From positions 1-33,010 of the forward strand of contig CAKORH010000001.1 in assembly GCA_934101235.1 (NCBI GenBank): a stretch of DNA of 33,010 nt, given 5' to 3'. Both the position numbers and the translations under genes were made by a program. Under the pieces are notes generated by a model that saw only the letters and a list, made by a program, of their open reading frames with translations, was not told where the DNA came from and made no database searches. Each line of letters starts with the position of its first letter. Positions within the stretch are counted from its first letter, which is position 1. Origin of the DNA: an uncultured Bacilli bacterium (GTDB lineage Bacteria; Bacillota_I; Bacilli_A; RF39; UBA660). Shown here one piece after another: positions 1-9,585 of this stretch.

Positions 1-122
1 GAATAGGAATACAATTATCATTATGATAATCATACGGTCTAAAAACCTTATGATGAAAGTTTTTACTTTCAGACTAAGTATCTCCATTTCTATAAAAAAA
101 TAGAAGGTAGCCAACAAATTAA

Positions 123-177
123 ATGTTCGAGATACTATAATATTCATATAATTTATTATTTCAAGAGTTTAGACAAA
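123..177. repeat. 55-nt intergenic element, copy A (48/55 identical, no indels, to 18679..18733)
   Basis: Hand alignment: atgttcgagatactataatattcatataatttattatttcaagagtttagacaaa versus atgtttgagatattataatactcatatatcttattattacaagagtttcgacaaa. On the minus strand it reads TTGAAA-16 nt-TATTAT, which is promoter-like. It lies 28 nt 3' of the cse60-like stop codon. Confidence 0.6.
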
Positions 178-205
178 ATTAGATAAAAAAAGAAATTATA
201 TAATA

Positions 206-382
206 TTATAATTCTTTATCTTTATACATAATTAAACTACTAAAACAATATATTTGTTCTTCTCCTGATATTCCAATACTAACATTAAACTTAATATCAA
301 TAATATCTTTTCCTTCTATAAAAGAGTTTATTGAATTTTCTAAATCACTTTCATGACCTTCATCAATCACTTTTACTTTCAT
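206..382 (-). CDS. cse60: Cse60-like small sporulation protein
   Basis: MKVKVIDEGHESDLENSINSFIEG...IIDIKF...EEQIYCFSSLIMY matches the Cse60/YteV pattern as I recall it (KVKxFDExHExDLE ... QIYCFSAL). The ORF track gives 206..406. I moved the start to the ATG at 382, which follows GGTGAT. Confidence 0.55.
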   Translation of the reverse strand: MKVKVIDEGHESDLENSINSFIEGKDIIDIKFNVSIGISGEEQIYCFSSLIMYKDKEL

Positions 383-422
383 ATTATCACCAAATATATT
401 ATACAAAATACTTTTGTCAAAA

Positions 423-1307
423 TTACTCGAATTTTAAATCTATTAAACTATTTAATATACTTGCAATAAATATACCACCAAAACTAGATAATTGAGGTTG
501 TATTAAATATAAAATAAATGTTATTAATCCAACTAATATTCCATATATAATTTGTCCATTTTTAGTATAACAACTACTAACTGTATCTGTAGCAATAAAA
601 ATAAAACTAAACATAATACCATTAGTAAATAATATATTCATAATATTTCCTATATCATTTTTAAATATAGAATATATAATTGTTAAAATACTAAAAGATA
701 TAATTGAAAATAAAGATACGTTCTTCTTATAAACTTTACTACAATATAATATAATAAAACTTATAATAAGTAGTATAATATTCGTAGTAAATATACCTCC
801 ACTACCTTTACCAAATAAATAATCTATTGCATTCATATTAAAATGATTACTAACTTCATATACATTTAAAAATGAAAACTTATGAAATATATTCATAATA
901 AAAAATATAATTAAACTAGCTAATGCAACTATATTAATTTTATTATTTTTTATAAATTTAGATATAAATAATACTAAAAAAGTTACAATACTAAATAAAA
1001 ATAAATTAGTATTTATACTAGATACACTTGCTATTAAAACACCATATAACATATGAAAACTACTAAATATAATATCACTAATATTTTTATTACTCTTATT
1101 TATCTTCTCATAAATAATATTAGATAATATACCACATAATAATCCTATAATTATAAATAGTAATGGTTTTAACATACCTAATACATTAACATAACCTTTA
1201 ATATATAAACTAATACCATTTTTATAAAAACCATATAATATTAAAGGGATTAAACTAATAAAATATATTAAACTTATCTTTTTTATTGAATTATCACTTT
1301 TTATCAT
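423..1307 (-). CDS. RnfD/NqrB-like polytopic membrane protein
   Basis: 294-aa multi-TM protein with FIATDTVSS, resembling the conserved (A/T)TDPVT motif of RnfD/NqrB. It overlaps the RnfC-like gene upstream by 14 nt. Confidence 0.5.
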   Translation of the reverse strand: MIKSDNSIKKISLIYFISLIPLILYGFYKNGISLYIKGYVNVLGMLKPLLFIIIGLLCGILSNIIYEKINKSNKNISDIIFSSFHMLYGVLIASVSSINTNLFLFSIVTFLVLFISKFIKNNKINIVALASLIIFFIMNIFHKFSFLNVYEVSNHFNMNAIDYLFGKGSGGIFTTNIILLIISFIILYCSKVYKKNVSLFSIISFSILTIIYSIFKNDIGNIMNILFTNGIMFSFIFIATDTVSSCYTKNGQIIYGILVGLITFILYLIQPQLSSFGGIFIASILNSLIDLKFE

Positions 1308-2412
1308 TATACACTACTCCCTTATGTAGATTAATTTTAGAAGGACATACATAACTACATATACCACATCCAATACATTTTTCTTTATAATTTTTAGATT
1401 TTTTATCATTATTAAAATACATATATTTAGGATTTATATGAATAGGACATGCACTAATACATTCTCCACAATTAATACAATTAGATTCTTTATAAGTTAC
1501 GTCATCACTAACAAATATGCTACGTACATTATGATCTATTATAAAATTATTATTTTTTAAACTTATACCATTTAATAAACCATTTATAATTATATGTTTA
1601 TCTTTATCTATTTTAAAATAATTTAATATATCAACTAAATTTGTTCCAATTTTAACTCTTAATACTTTAGTATAATCTATATTATCTCCAGTTAAAGTAA
1701 TAAACGTTTCACTCATAGGTCTTTTTCTTCTTAATATATTATACATATTAAGTACATCTTTTATATTTAAATACATAACATCATAATTTTTATGCTTATA
1801 ATTAGTTAATTTATTAACTAATATACTTTTAATACCAATACTAAAATCATTACTAAATAATTTTAAATCTATTTTAGGATATGTACCAATATTATTAAGT
1901 ATATTATTAACACACTCTATATCACTATTATTCATTGCTAAAAAACATTTTTTAATATTCATTATATCTATTAAAGCATCTATAGTATCTAATATTTCTA
2001 TAGTATATTCTTTTAACAAAGTATCATAAGTAATCTCTCCCATAAATTCATCTATACCATTTATTATTAATACTTTGCTATTACTGGGAAAAGTATTCAT
2101 TCCATACTCTTTAACTAAACATAAAAATTTTTCTTTAGTATAATCACTTAAATTTCTTTTTACACCCATTCTTGTCTTTAATTTATCTTTAAAATCATTT
2201 TCTATTACAATATATTTAGTATTATTAATTTTAGTTAATCCTAAAACAATACCAGATACACTACTATTAACTTTTTTATCATCACTATATAATATTAACT
2301 CATTTTTATTTATATATTCTTTATCTTTAACTAATACTTTCATGCCATCATGATATGGTAAATATATATAATCACTAGTTAAATAATCTTCTATTCTTTT
2401 TTTACTATTCAT
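1294..2412 (-). CDS. RnfC-like protein with two C-terminal 4Fe-4S ferredoxin motifs
   Basis: CINCGECISACP and CIGCGICSYVCP (two CxxCxxCxxxCP clusters) lie at the C-terminus of a 372-aa protein. It is followed by and overlaps an RnfD-like gene. Confidence 0.5.
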   Translation of the reverse strand: MNSKKRIEDYLTSDYIYLPYHDGMKVLVKDKEYINKNELILYSDDKKVNSSVSGIVLGLTKINNTKYIVIENDFKDKLKTRMGVKRNLSDYTKEKFLCLVKEYGMNTFPSNSKVLIINGIDEFMGEITYDTLLKEYTIEILDTIDALIDIMNIKKCFLAMNNSDIECVNNILNNIGTYPKIDLKLFSNDFSIGIKSILVNKLTNYKHKNYDVMYLNIKDVLNMYNILRRKRPMSETFITLTGDNIDYTKVLRVKIGTNLVDILNYFKIDKDKHIIINGLLNGISLKNNNFIIDHNVRSIFVSDDVTYKESNCINCGECISACPIHINPKYMYFNNDKKSKNYKEKCIGCGICSYVCPSKINLHKGVVYNDKK

Positions 2413-2429
2413 ATTCTACACCTACAATA

Positions 2430-2458
2430 ATTATAAAAAAATAATATAAAAAAAGCAA
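2430..2458 (-). promoter_or_regulatory. sigmaA-type promoter upstream of the RnfC-like gene
   Basis: The minus strand reads TTGCTT-17 nt-TATAAT (-35 at 2458..2453, -10 at 2435..2430). GTAGGTG and the ATG at 2412 follow. Confidence 0.5.
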
Positions 2459-2476
2459 TTAGTTTATAATAATCAC

Positions 2477-2791
2477 TTATTTAATTTTTAATGGTACCAT
2501 AAATTCTTCTCCATATATAAAATTAGTGCTACTCTCTATTTCTTTTATTATATTATCTAATAAACCTATTGCTTTATTAATTAATTTATTTTTTTCTTTT
2601 TCATCATAAAATGAATATTCTTCACTATTAATTATATTTTTAAAATCATTTACTATTATATCTAATCTATTTTTTAAATCACTATCTTCATTAGCATTAG
2701 ATACCTTAGTAATAAAATATATTTTAGAATTAATTAAACTATTTTTATCAACATCACTTATACTTTTATTAAAATATTTTAGTATAGACAT
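2477..2791 (-). CDS. hypothetical protein, possibly the C-terminal part of a gene interrupted by an in-frame TAA
   Basis: 104-aa ORF from the track with no recognisable motif. The same frame stays open upstream to 2941 and is separated from ORF 2942..3103 only by TAA at 2944..2942. Confidence 0.35.
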   Translation of the reverse strand: MSILKYFNKSISDVDKNSLINSKIYFITKVSNANEDSDLKNRLDIIVNDFKNIINSEEYSFYDEKEKNKLINKAIGLLDNIIKEIESSTNFIYGEEFMVPLKIK

Positions 2792-2941
2792 AGTAACATA
2801 TAATTTGATTATTTGTCCTTTTTTTATATTTTTAATATCATTGTATTTTTTTATTACTTCAATTTCATCAAATATTTTTTTATCATCATTTATATAAATT
2901 TTAACTATATCATATAAATCATCTACATTATTAATAATAAA

Positions 2942-3103
2942 TTAAAATTCATATTTTTGATTATTATTTACATTAATTTTTTTATATTTTAAACCAGCAT
3001 TACTTTCTATAATACTATTTTTATAAATATCTCCTTTCTTTTTTTCATTCATATTAACTAAACCAACTAACTTACCACCATTATATATTTCATAATCTTT
3101 CAT
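2942..3103 (-). CDS. small hypothetical protein (53 aa)
   Basis: ATG at 3103 is preceded by AGGTGA (taggtgaaaatATG). The longer track version (to 3148) would run through the greA terminator hairpin. Confidence 0.35.
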   Translation of the reverse strand: MKDYEIYNGGKLVGLVNMNEKKKGDIYKNSIIESNAGLKYKKINVNNNQKYEF

Positions 3104-3123
3104 ATTTTCACCTACTATAATTT

Positions 3124-3156
3124 TAAAAAAAAATATACACAAAATCAAGTGTATAT
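3124..3156 (-). terminator. rho-independent terminator after greA
   Basis: Minus strand: ATATACAC-ttgatttt-GTGTATAT followed by a run of Ts (stem arms at 3133..3140 and 3149..3156). Confidence 0.6.
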
Positions 3157-3255
3157 TTTAATAATTTATTCACTACTTTCTAAACATTTATTTAATTTAA
3201 CATAGTTTTATACATTATTAAACAATAAATAAGTAACGAAGAAAATAAAAAATAG

Positions 3256-3726
3256 TTATGCAATTTTAACTATTTTTATATCGTAACTACCATTTGGACT
3301 TTCAACACTAATGATATCTCCAACTTTTTTATGCATTATTGCTTTTCCTATAGGAGATTCATTAGATATTTTATTTTCAAATGGATCTGCTTCCATTGAA
3401 CCAACTATTGAATATATTTCTTCTTCATCATCATCTACGTAGTTAACTGTTACAGTTGTTCCAACTTCTACTTTATCTCCTGTTGCTTTTTCTATTATTT
3501 TAGCATGTTCTAACATATATTCTAACTCTTTAATTCTTGCTTCAACTTGTCCTTGTTCATTTCTGGCAGCATCATAGTCTGAATTTTCAGATAAATCACC
3601 TTGAGCACGAGCTTCTTTTATAGCTTCTATAATTCTAGGTCTATCATTACTTTTTAAATTATTTAATTCAGTTTCTAATTCTAAAAAACCTTCACTTGTT
3701 AGTAAAAATTCTTTTTTTTGTTTCAT
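3256..3726 (-). CDS. greA: transcription elongation factor GreA
   Basis: 156 aa. Has the LT..G...L..EL..L...RP.I...I..AR..GDLSEN.eYdAA...Q pattern typical of GreA. Confidence 0.93.
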   Translation of the reverse strand: MKQKKEFLLTSEGFLELETELNNLKSNDRPRIIEAIKEARAQGDLSENSDYDAARNEQGQVEARIKELEYMLEHAKIIEKATGDKVEVGTTVTVNYVDDDEEEIYSIVGSMEADPFENKISNESPIGKAIMHKKVGDIISVESPNGSYDIKIVKIA

Positions 3727-3789
3727 TTAAATCACCTTTCAATCAATTAATCTAATCTCAACATAGACATAAGAATACTACAATTTATT

Positions 3790-4983
3790 TTAAATGTCAA
3801 ATACTTTTAAACGCATCATATCATTTTTATTTAATACGAAATTTACTGGTATTTTTACTATCATTTGAGGATGTCTAGCTACTTCTATTAAGTTATCATC
3901 TACATCATAAATTTTATCAATTATATAATTAGTTGTTTCTATATTTGGACCAAAAAATTGTACTTTGGTACCAATACTAAAATTATTTCTTTGTTCTATA
4001 GTAGCAATACCATCTTTATAATCTAATACTAAACCTAAAAAATCTTGATTAGAATATTCTTCTCTACCTAAAAAATATTGTTCATTTTTACCAGGCAATT
4101 TGTCAAAAAATTGTGGAGTAGATTCTCTATTAGCACATCTATTTAATATGTTTAGACAATAAATAGTATATGCATCGGTTAAAGAATTATTTAATATTTT
4201 ATCTATTAATCTTCTATATATTAATATAACTGTAGCAATATAATATATACTACGCATTCTTCCTTCTATCTTAAATGAATTAACTCCTACTTCTATCATA
4301 CTCTTTATAAAAGGAACCATATTTAAATCTTTAGGTGTCATACTAAAAGGTTCATTTGTTTTTAAATTTTTATCTAATCCTAAATAATCAAACTGCCATC
4401 TACATACTTGTGCACATCCACCTCTATTAGAATCTCTATTAGTAGCATAATTAGATAAAACACATCTACCACTTATACTAGTACACATAGCTCCATGTAT
4501 AAAAGCTTCTAAATCTAAATTAGTAGCACTTTTTATTCTTTTTATATCTTCCTTACTACATTCACGAGCAAGTACTAATCTTTTAGCACCTAAATCTTTA
4601 TAAAATAATGCAGCTTCATAATTAGATATACTTGCTTGTGTACTAATATGTAATTCTAACTTTAAATTTAATTCTTTATGTAACTTCATAATACTAATAT
4701 CACTTACTATTATTCCATCTACATTAACATTATCTAAATATAATAAATATTCTTTTAATCCATCTAATTCTTCATTATGTAAAACTATATTAACAGTAAC
4801 ATATACTTTCTTATTTATATTGTGAGCATATTCTACTGCACTTTTAATATCTTCATTACTAAAATTTTTAGCATTAGCACGTAAACTATAATTTACTCCA
4901 CCAATATATACAGCATCTGCTCCATACATAAACGCATACTTTAACTTTTCTATATCTCCAGCAGGACTAAGTAATTCTATCAT
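3790..4983 (-). CDS. peptidase U32 family protein (YrrO/TrhP2-like, tRNA ho5U synthesis)
   Basis: ELLSPAGD...AV..GADAVY.GG N-terminus and the U32 core ...E.F.HGA.C.S.SG.C.LS. It sits in the yrrM-yrrN-yrrO order known from B. subtilis. Confidence 0.85.
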   Translation of the reverse strand: MIELLSPAGDIEKLKYAFMYGADAVYIGGVNYSLRANAKNFSNEDIKSAVEYAHNINKKVYVTVNIVLHNEELDGLKEYLLYLDNVNVDGIIVSDISIMKLHKELNLKLELHISTQASISNYEAALFYKDLGAKRLVLARECSKEDIKRIKSATNLDLEAFIHGAMCTSISGRCVLSNYATNRDSNRGGCAQVCRWQFDYLGLDKNLKTNEPFSMTPKDLNMVPFIKSMIEVGVNSFKIEGRMRSIYYIATVILIYRRLIDKILNNSLTDAYTIYCLNILNRCANRESTPQFFDKLPGKNEQYFLGREEYSNQDFLGLVLDYKDGIATIEQRNNFSIGTKVQFFGPNIETTNYIIDKIYDVDDNLIEVARHPQMIVKIPVNFVLNKNDMMRLKVFDI

Positions 4984-5777
4984 TTTTTATCACCTAACTT
5001 ATATATAGTTTTCTTATTCATAAAACCATCATCACTCATATCAAAATCACCAGTATTTATATAATTAACCATATCATTAAAAGAACATCCAAAAGGATAT
5101 ATCAAATAATACATAATATTATTATCATTAAACTTATTCAAATACTTATATATATTAAAATAAGTATTATTAAAAAATACACTACCTAAATCATATTCTC
5201 TAACTAAAAACTCACACTTACTAATATTATCTCTAATAATAACTTCATTATCTTTTTTAATATTAAAATAATCATCAAAATTACTTAATAAATGTCTTCT
5301 AGAATACATAATATTATTTTTACCAAATACATTTAAAATAATAGGTTTATTTACATTATCTATTATTTCTTTAACTTCTTTAAATGTAAGTTCATTACTA
5401 ATAACAGCACTATTAACTAATGATAACCAATTATTTATAGATAATACATTAGTAGCAAAATGATTTTGATTCCATATCAATTTTATATTACTATCTTTAA
5501 GTATATTATATATACCAATATCTTCAAATATAATACCATCAAAATTATTTAATAATGGAATAATATTTTTAAATTTATCTATATCACTAGAATTAAATAT
5601 TCTATTTATTAACAAATATTTATTACAATCTAAGTCCTTTATATCATTAACATCAAAACTATTATAACCTATACTAAAATAGTTAACTGCAAAAAGAAAA
5701 TTGTTTATACCAATTTTCTTATATTTATCTATATCACTTAAATTTTCTATATTAATTAATATCTTGTTTTTTTTCAT
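4980..5777 (-). CDS. U32-family-like protein (YrrN/TrhP1-like partner subunit)
   Basis: It lies between the O-methyltransferase and the YrrO-like gene and overlaps both neighbours (4 nt and 26 nt). The call rests mainly on synteny, because the sequence is divergent. Confidence 0.6.
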   Translation of the reverse strand: MKKNKILINIENLSDIDKYKKIGINNFLFAVNYFSIGYNSFDVNDIKDLDCNKYLLINRIFNSSDIDKFKNIIPLLNNFDGIIFEDIGIYNILKDSNIKLIWNQNHFATNVLSINNWLSLVNSAVISNELTFKEVKEIIDNVNKPIILNVFGKNNIMYSRRHLLSNFDDYFNIKKDNEVIIRDNISKCEFLVREYDLGSVFFNNTYFNIYKYLNKFNDNNIMYYLIYPFGCSFNDMVNYINTGDFDMSDDGFMNKKTIYKLGDKK

Positions 5778-6369
5778 TTCTTTTAAAGCTTACTGATAAG
5801 CCATCTCCTATATCATAAAATTTAGTTATATATTCTTTATTATTTTTTAAGTATTCTATATAATTTTCTATTTTATTTACTATACCTCTTACATTTTTAG
5901 ATTTTACTAATTCTTTATTTTTAACTAAACCATGAAATTTTAAATTATCAGTTATAATAACTCCACCTGGATTTAAATAATTACAAAATTTATCAAAGTA
6001 TTTTATATATTGTCCTTTAGCAGCATCTATAAATATTAAGTCATATTTACATCCAGATAAATTAACTTCCATAGCATCATTATATACTAACTCTATTCTT
6101 TTATCTAAACCACTCTTATTAACATTTTTAACTGCTTCTTTATATCTTTTTTCATCTCTTTCAATAGTAGTTATTTCACAAAAATTATTTGCATTAGCCA
6201 TAAGTATAGCTGAATACCCTATTGCAGTACCAATTTCTAATATACTTTCAACTTTATTCATTTTTATATATTTCATTATAAATTTAATTGAATCTAATTC
6301 TATTATAGGAACATTGTTCATACTTGCATAGTGTTCCATCTCTAAAATTAATTCTTTCATAACATTCAC
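5752..6369 (-). CDS. trmR: SAM-dependent O-methyltransferase (YrrM/TrmR-like, tRNA mo5U34)
   Basis: Class I methyltransferase motif ILEIGTAIGYS plus DLIFIDAAK, typical of the catechol-O-MT-like family. Synteny with the U32 pair supports the call. Confidence 0.75.
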   Translation of the reverse strand: MNVMKELILEMEHYASMNNVPIIELDSIKFIMKYIKMNKVESILEIGTAIGYSAILMANANNFCEITTIERDEKRYKEAVKNVNKSGLDKRIELVYNDAMEVNLSGCKYDLIFIDAAKGQYIKYFDKFCNYLNPGGVIITDNLKFHGLVKNKELVKSKNVRGIVNKIENYIEYLKNNKEYITKFYDIGDGLSVSFKRNEKKQDIN

Positions 6370-6378
6370 TCCCCACTA

Positions 6379-7470
6379 CTAATATGTATACCATTTACCT
6401 TCGCTTTTTAATTTACTAACAGTTTCGGCATGTTCACTTTCAGTTTTACTAAAATATGTATTCTTATCTTTATCAGCAACAAAGTAATAATAATCATTTT
6501 CTTCTGGTTCTATAACTGCTGCTATACTAGATAAACTAGGATTACATATTGGACCTACAGGTAATGCATTTACACAATTACCTCTAGTATTATAACCATT
6601 ACAGCTATTTAAATCACTCCAAGTTAACTCACTAGAAAAATCTTTATTTACAGCATAATAAGTAGTAACATCACTACCTAATCTAATATTAGAATTTAAT
6701 CTATTATAAAATACACCAGCAACTCCACGTCTATCATTACTGTTTACCCCTTCTAATTCAACAATACTTGCTAAAGTTAAATATTGATGTACACTATATT
6801 TTCCAACTTCTATTTCATCTTTATAAGTACTTAATTTACTATCTAAATTACTTAAAAATCTATCTATAATATCTTCTATAGTACTGTTTTTCTTAAATTC
6901 ATATGTATCAGGATATAAATATCCCTCTAATGAAACATAAATATCAGAATTTAATATATCTTCACTTAAAAACCAATATTTATTTATTAAAGTTTCTAAA
7001 TAATCTTTATCACTTATTTTATTTTTAATTTCTTCTTCACTAATATTAAATACATCAGATATTTGTTTTATATATGTACTAACTCTTTTACCTTCTATAA
7101 ATGTTATAGTAATAGTTTCATTTTCTATATTATCTTGGTTAGCAATCATATTAATAATTTCATTAGTACTCATATCTTTACTTAATTTATAAGTACCAGC
7201 ATATAAATCTTTATCTAACACTTTAAGAATTACTTTAGCAAAAAACTCGCTTCTTATTAAATTTTTATTTTTTAAATTCTTAACTATCTCTATTTTACTA
7301 GTACCACTATCAATAGTAAATGATATTTGTTTATCATTATGACTATCTACAGGAGAAACTTTATATAAGAATAACAACATAAAACTAACAAATATTATTA
7401 CTAAAACTATTAATGAACATAAAACAATTTTCTTTATTTTTTTATCCATTAACATCTTCTCCTTTATCAT
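6379..7470 (-). CDS. mltG: endolytic murein transglycosylase MltG (YceG family)
   Basis: N-terminal TM segment followed by YceG-type motifs: LASIVE.E, GV..NRL......L..D.T..Y, YNTR...GLP.GPI.NP. Confidence 0.88.
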   Translation of the reverse strand: MIKEKMLMDKKIKKIVLCSLIVLVIIFVSFMLLFLYKVSPVDSHNDKQISFTIDSGTSKIEIVKNLKNKNLIRSEFFAKVILKVLDKDLYAGTYKLSKDMSTNEIINMIANQDNIENETITITFIEGKRVSTYIKQISDVFNISEEEIKNKISDKDYLETLINKYWFLSEDILNSDIYVSLEGYLYPDTYEFKKNSTIEDIIDRFLSNLDSKLSTYKDEIEVGKYSVHQYLTLASIVELEGVNSNDRRGVAGVFYNRLNSNIRLGSDVTTYYAVNKDFSSELTWSDLNSCNGYNTRGNCVNALPVGPICNPSLSSIAAVIEPEENDYYYFVADKDKNTYFSKTESEHAETVSKLKSEGKWYTY

Positions 7471-7717
7471 TTATACTAGAAAATATTTGTTCTATTATGG
7501 TCCATTCTTCTTCAGTTTCTATAGTACCTAAATTTCCATTATCTTTACTACTATCATATGTATTAGCATAAACTTTTATATTTCCCATATCATCCTTAGT
7601 ATTATCTGTGTATACTATATAACTTTTATTAGTATCTTTACTATCAAAAGTAAATAAAACATCACATTCTATTTCTTCATTATTTTCATTTTTAACAATT
7701 ATTTTACCTATATCCAT
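7442..7717 (-). CDS. DUF1292 protein (YrzB-like)
   Basis: I.V.....NEEIECDVLFTF......KSYIVYT ... IETEEEW..IE pattern. Its position between ruvX and mltG matches B. subtilis. Confidence 0.8.
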   Translation of the reverse strand: MDIGKIIVKNENNEEIECDVLFTFDSKDTNKSYIVYTDNTKDDMGNIKVYANTYDSSKDNGNLGTIETEEEWTIIEQIFSSINDKGEDVNG

Positions 7718-7721
7718 ATCA

Positions 7722-8135
7722 TTACCCTTTCTTACTCTTTAAAAATGTATCTAGTATAATACTAGCTGCATATGCATCTATTATTTTTTTACGTTTATAT
7801 CTAGAAGTATCACTACTAAGTAATATATTTTCTGCTTCCTTAGTAGATAATCTTTCATCTACTAAATATATAGGAATACTTATTTTTTCTTCTAACAAGT
7901 TTTTAAAATTAATACTTCTTTCACTAGCAAAACCTAAACTATTATTCATATTTTTAGGTAAACCAAGTACTAATGCATCAATACCTTCTTCATTAATAAT
8001 ATTAATTACATCACTAACTAAAGAATTTATATCCTCATATCTCAATACTTTAAATGGACTAGCAATTATACCAAGTTTATCACTTATAGCTAATCCCAAA
8101 GTCTTAGTACCTAAATCTAATCCTAAGTATTTCAT
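7722..8135 (-). CDS. ruvX: Holliday-junction resolvase-like nuclease RuvX (YqgF)
   Basis: LGLDLGTKTLGLAISD ... VLGLPKNMNNS.G ... VDERLST motifs. Confidence 0.9.
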   Translation of the reverse strand: MKYLGLDLGTKTLGLAISDKLGIIASPFKVLRYEDINSLVSDVINIINEEGIDALVLGLPKNMNNSLGFASERSINFKNLLEEKISIPIYLVDERLSTKEAENILLSSDTSRYKRKKIIDAYAASIILDTFLKSKKG

Positions 8136-8380
8136 AAATTCATTCTCATATAATCCTTTAATACTATTTCTAATATTTTTTCTCTATCAATACTAGTTAT
8201 TTTATTTCTAGCATCTTCAAAACTAGTTATATATCCTGGATCACCAGTAATTAAATAACCAATAATTTGACTTACAGGATTATATCCTCTACTTTCTAAA
8301 CTTCTATATACTTCAATTAATGTTTTACTAACTAATGCATTTTCTATTTCACTTATTTTAAACATACTTGTTTTATCCAT
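8132..8380 (-). CDS. ireB: IreB-family regulatory phosphoprotein (UPF0297, YrzL-like)
   Basis: V...L...GYNPV.QI.GYL.TGDP.YIT....AR pattern. The track start at 8389 is a GTG inside the RBS (GGAGTG). The ATG at 8380 lies 8 nt after GGAG. Confidence 0.85.
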   Translation of the reverse strand: MDKTSMFKISEIENALVSKTLIEVYRSLESRGYNPVSQIIGYLITGDPGYITSFEDARNKITSIDREKILEIVLKDYMRMNL

Positions 8381-8403
8381 AATTAACACTCCTAGTCAAT
8401 ATA

Positions 8404-8432
8404 ATTTTAACATTATTACGTAATAATCTCAA
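8404..8432 (-). promoter_or_regulatory. promoter of the ireB-ruvX-mltG operon
   Basis: Minus strand: TTGAGA-17 nt-TAAAAT (-35 at 8432..8427, -10 at 8409..8404), followed by TAGGAGTG and the start codon. Confidence 0.5.
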
Positions 8433-8524
8433 TCTAAAAGAACAAAAGATATAAAAAAAATAAAATTATTTTATTTTGAAATTACATATTTTTTATTTTA
8501 TTCATTTTATAATTATTATTTTTT

Positions 8525-8559
8525 ATATAAAAAGAACTAATTTCAAGCTGAATTAGTTC
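8525..8559 (-). terminator. rho-independent terminator of the amidoligase cassette
   Basis: 9-bp stem GAACTAATT/AATTAGTTC (8534..8542 and 8551..8559) with an 8-nt loop. TTTTTAT follows on the minus strand. It lies about 27 nt after the stop at 8586. Confidence 0.65.
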
Positions 8560-8585
8560 ATTATTAATGTAATATTTTATTAATA

Positions 8586-9581
8586 TCATTTAGTAAATTT
8601 TTTAGCTTTGACTAGATCTAGGTCACTATTTTCATATGATTTTAAGTATTGCCTTAAAAAATATAATTTATCTAAATTATTTGAAAATATCATATCACAA
8701 AATTCTAATGCTTCTGATAAATATATTTCATTATAAAGATTATATTTTATATCTTGAAGTTTATTTTTTCTATAATTAATAATATCATTATCAATTTCAT
8801 TATTTTTTGAAGATAATAATAATTTAACAAAAAAATTTATATTATTTTGCCATATTATAGGATTTAATGTTCCATTAGGACATCTAAATTCTATAGTATT
8901 ATTTAGATTAATATTACTTGCATCATATGCATTATATAAATTTACGGCTTGGTGTCTTTCATAAGATATTCTTTTAATAATATCTCTTACCTCTATTTCT
9001 TTTTCTTCCATTAAACTTTTATAATCACACCAAAAATATTTTGATACAGGAAAAGCATATTTAAGAATACTAGGACGTGCTGTTAAATATTCTCCATAAG
9101 AAAATCTAAAAATAATATTTTCATATACTGACCATAATTTGATAAAATTTAGCCATGATTCTATGTTGTCACCTAAAACTTGTGTACCTATATGAATATG
9201 TCCTCCAGAATGTGGACCTATAATTGCATTCTTTTTAATTGCTAAACATATTTTTTTCAAATCATTCCATGAATTTGGTACATCAGTTAAAACTGGAGAA
9301 TTTATTTCTCCACCATTTCTCAATGATCCATCAGCTTTTGTTATCCAATCAAATGTTTTTATATTTGATAATTCTTTTGTTATTTTTTCTTTGTTAGCAT
9401 TTTCATATTCGATTTCTATACCACATGTTACAGATTTATCAAGGTTTAATGATTCTCTAAGTTCTAGATAATAAGTATCTAAATAAAATATTAAATCTTG
9501 TAATTCTTTCCCATTCATTTTCGATAAAATATCATTATTTTTAGGATTAATATAATTAAATAATTCATTATTTTTCATCAT
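8586..9581 (-). CDS. putative amidoligase (glutamine-synthetase-fold, Amidoligase_2-like)
   Basis: Four ordered motifs: CGIEIEYE (ExE), GGEINSPVL, HSGGHIHIG and TIEFRCPNGT. These match the metal- and ATP-binding strands of the GS-like amidoligase family as I recall it. A GAGG RBS overlaps the stop of the upstream gene. Confidence 0.7.
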   Translation of the reverse strand: MMKNNELFNYINPKNNDILSKMNGKELQDLIFYLDTYYLELRESLNLDKSVTCGIEIEYENANKEKITKELSNIKTFDWITKADGSLRNGGEINSPVLTDVPNSWNDLKKICLAIKKNAIIGPHSGGHIHIGTQVLGDNIESWLNFIKLWSVYENIIFRFSYGEYLTARPSILKYAFPVSKYFWCDYKSLMEEKEIEVRDIIKRISYERHQAVNLYNAYDASNINLNNTIEFRCPNGTLNPIIWQNNINFFVKLLLSSKNNEIDNDIINYRKNKLQDIKYNLYNEIYLSEALEFCDMIFSNNLDKLYFLRQYLKSYENSDLDLVKAKKFTK

Positions 9582-9585
9582 AAAT

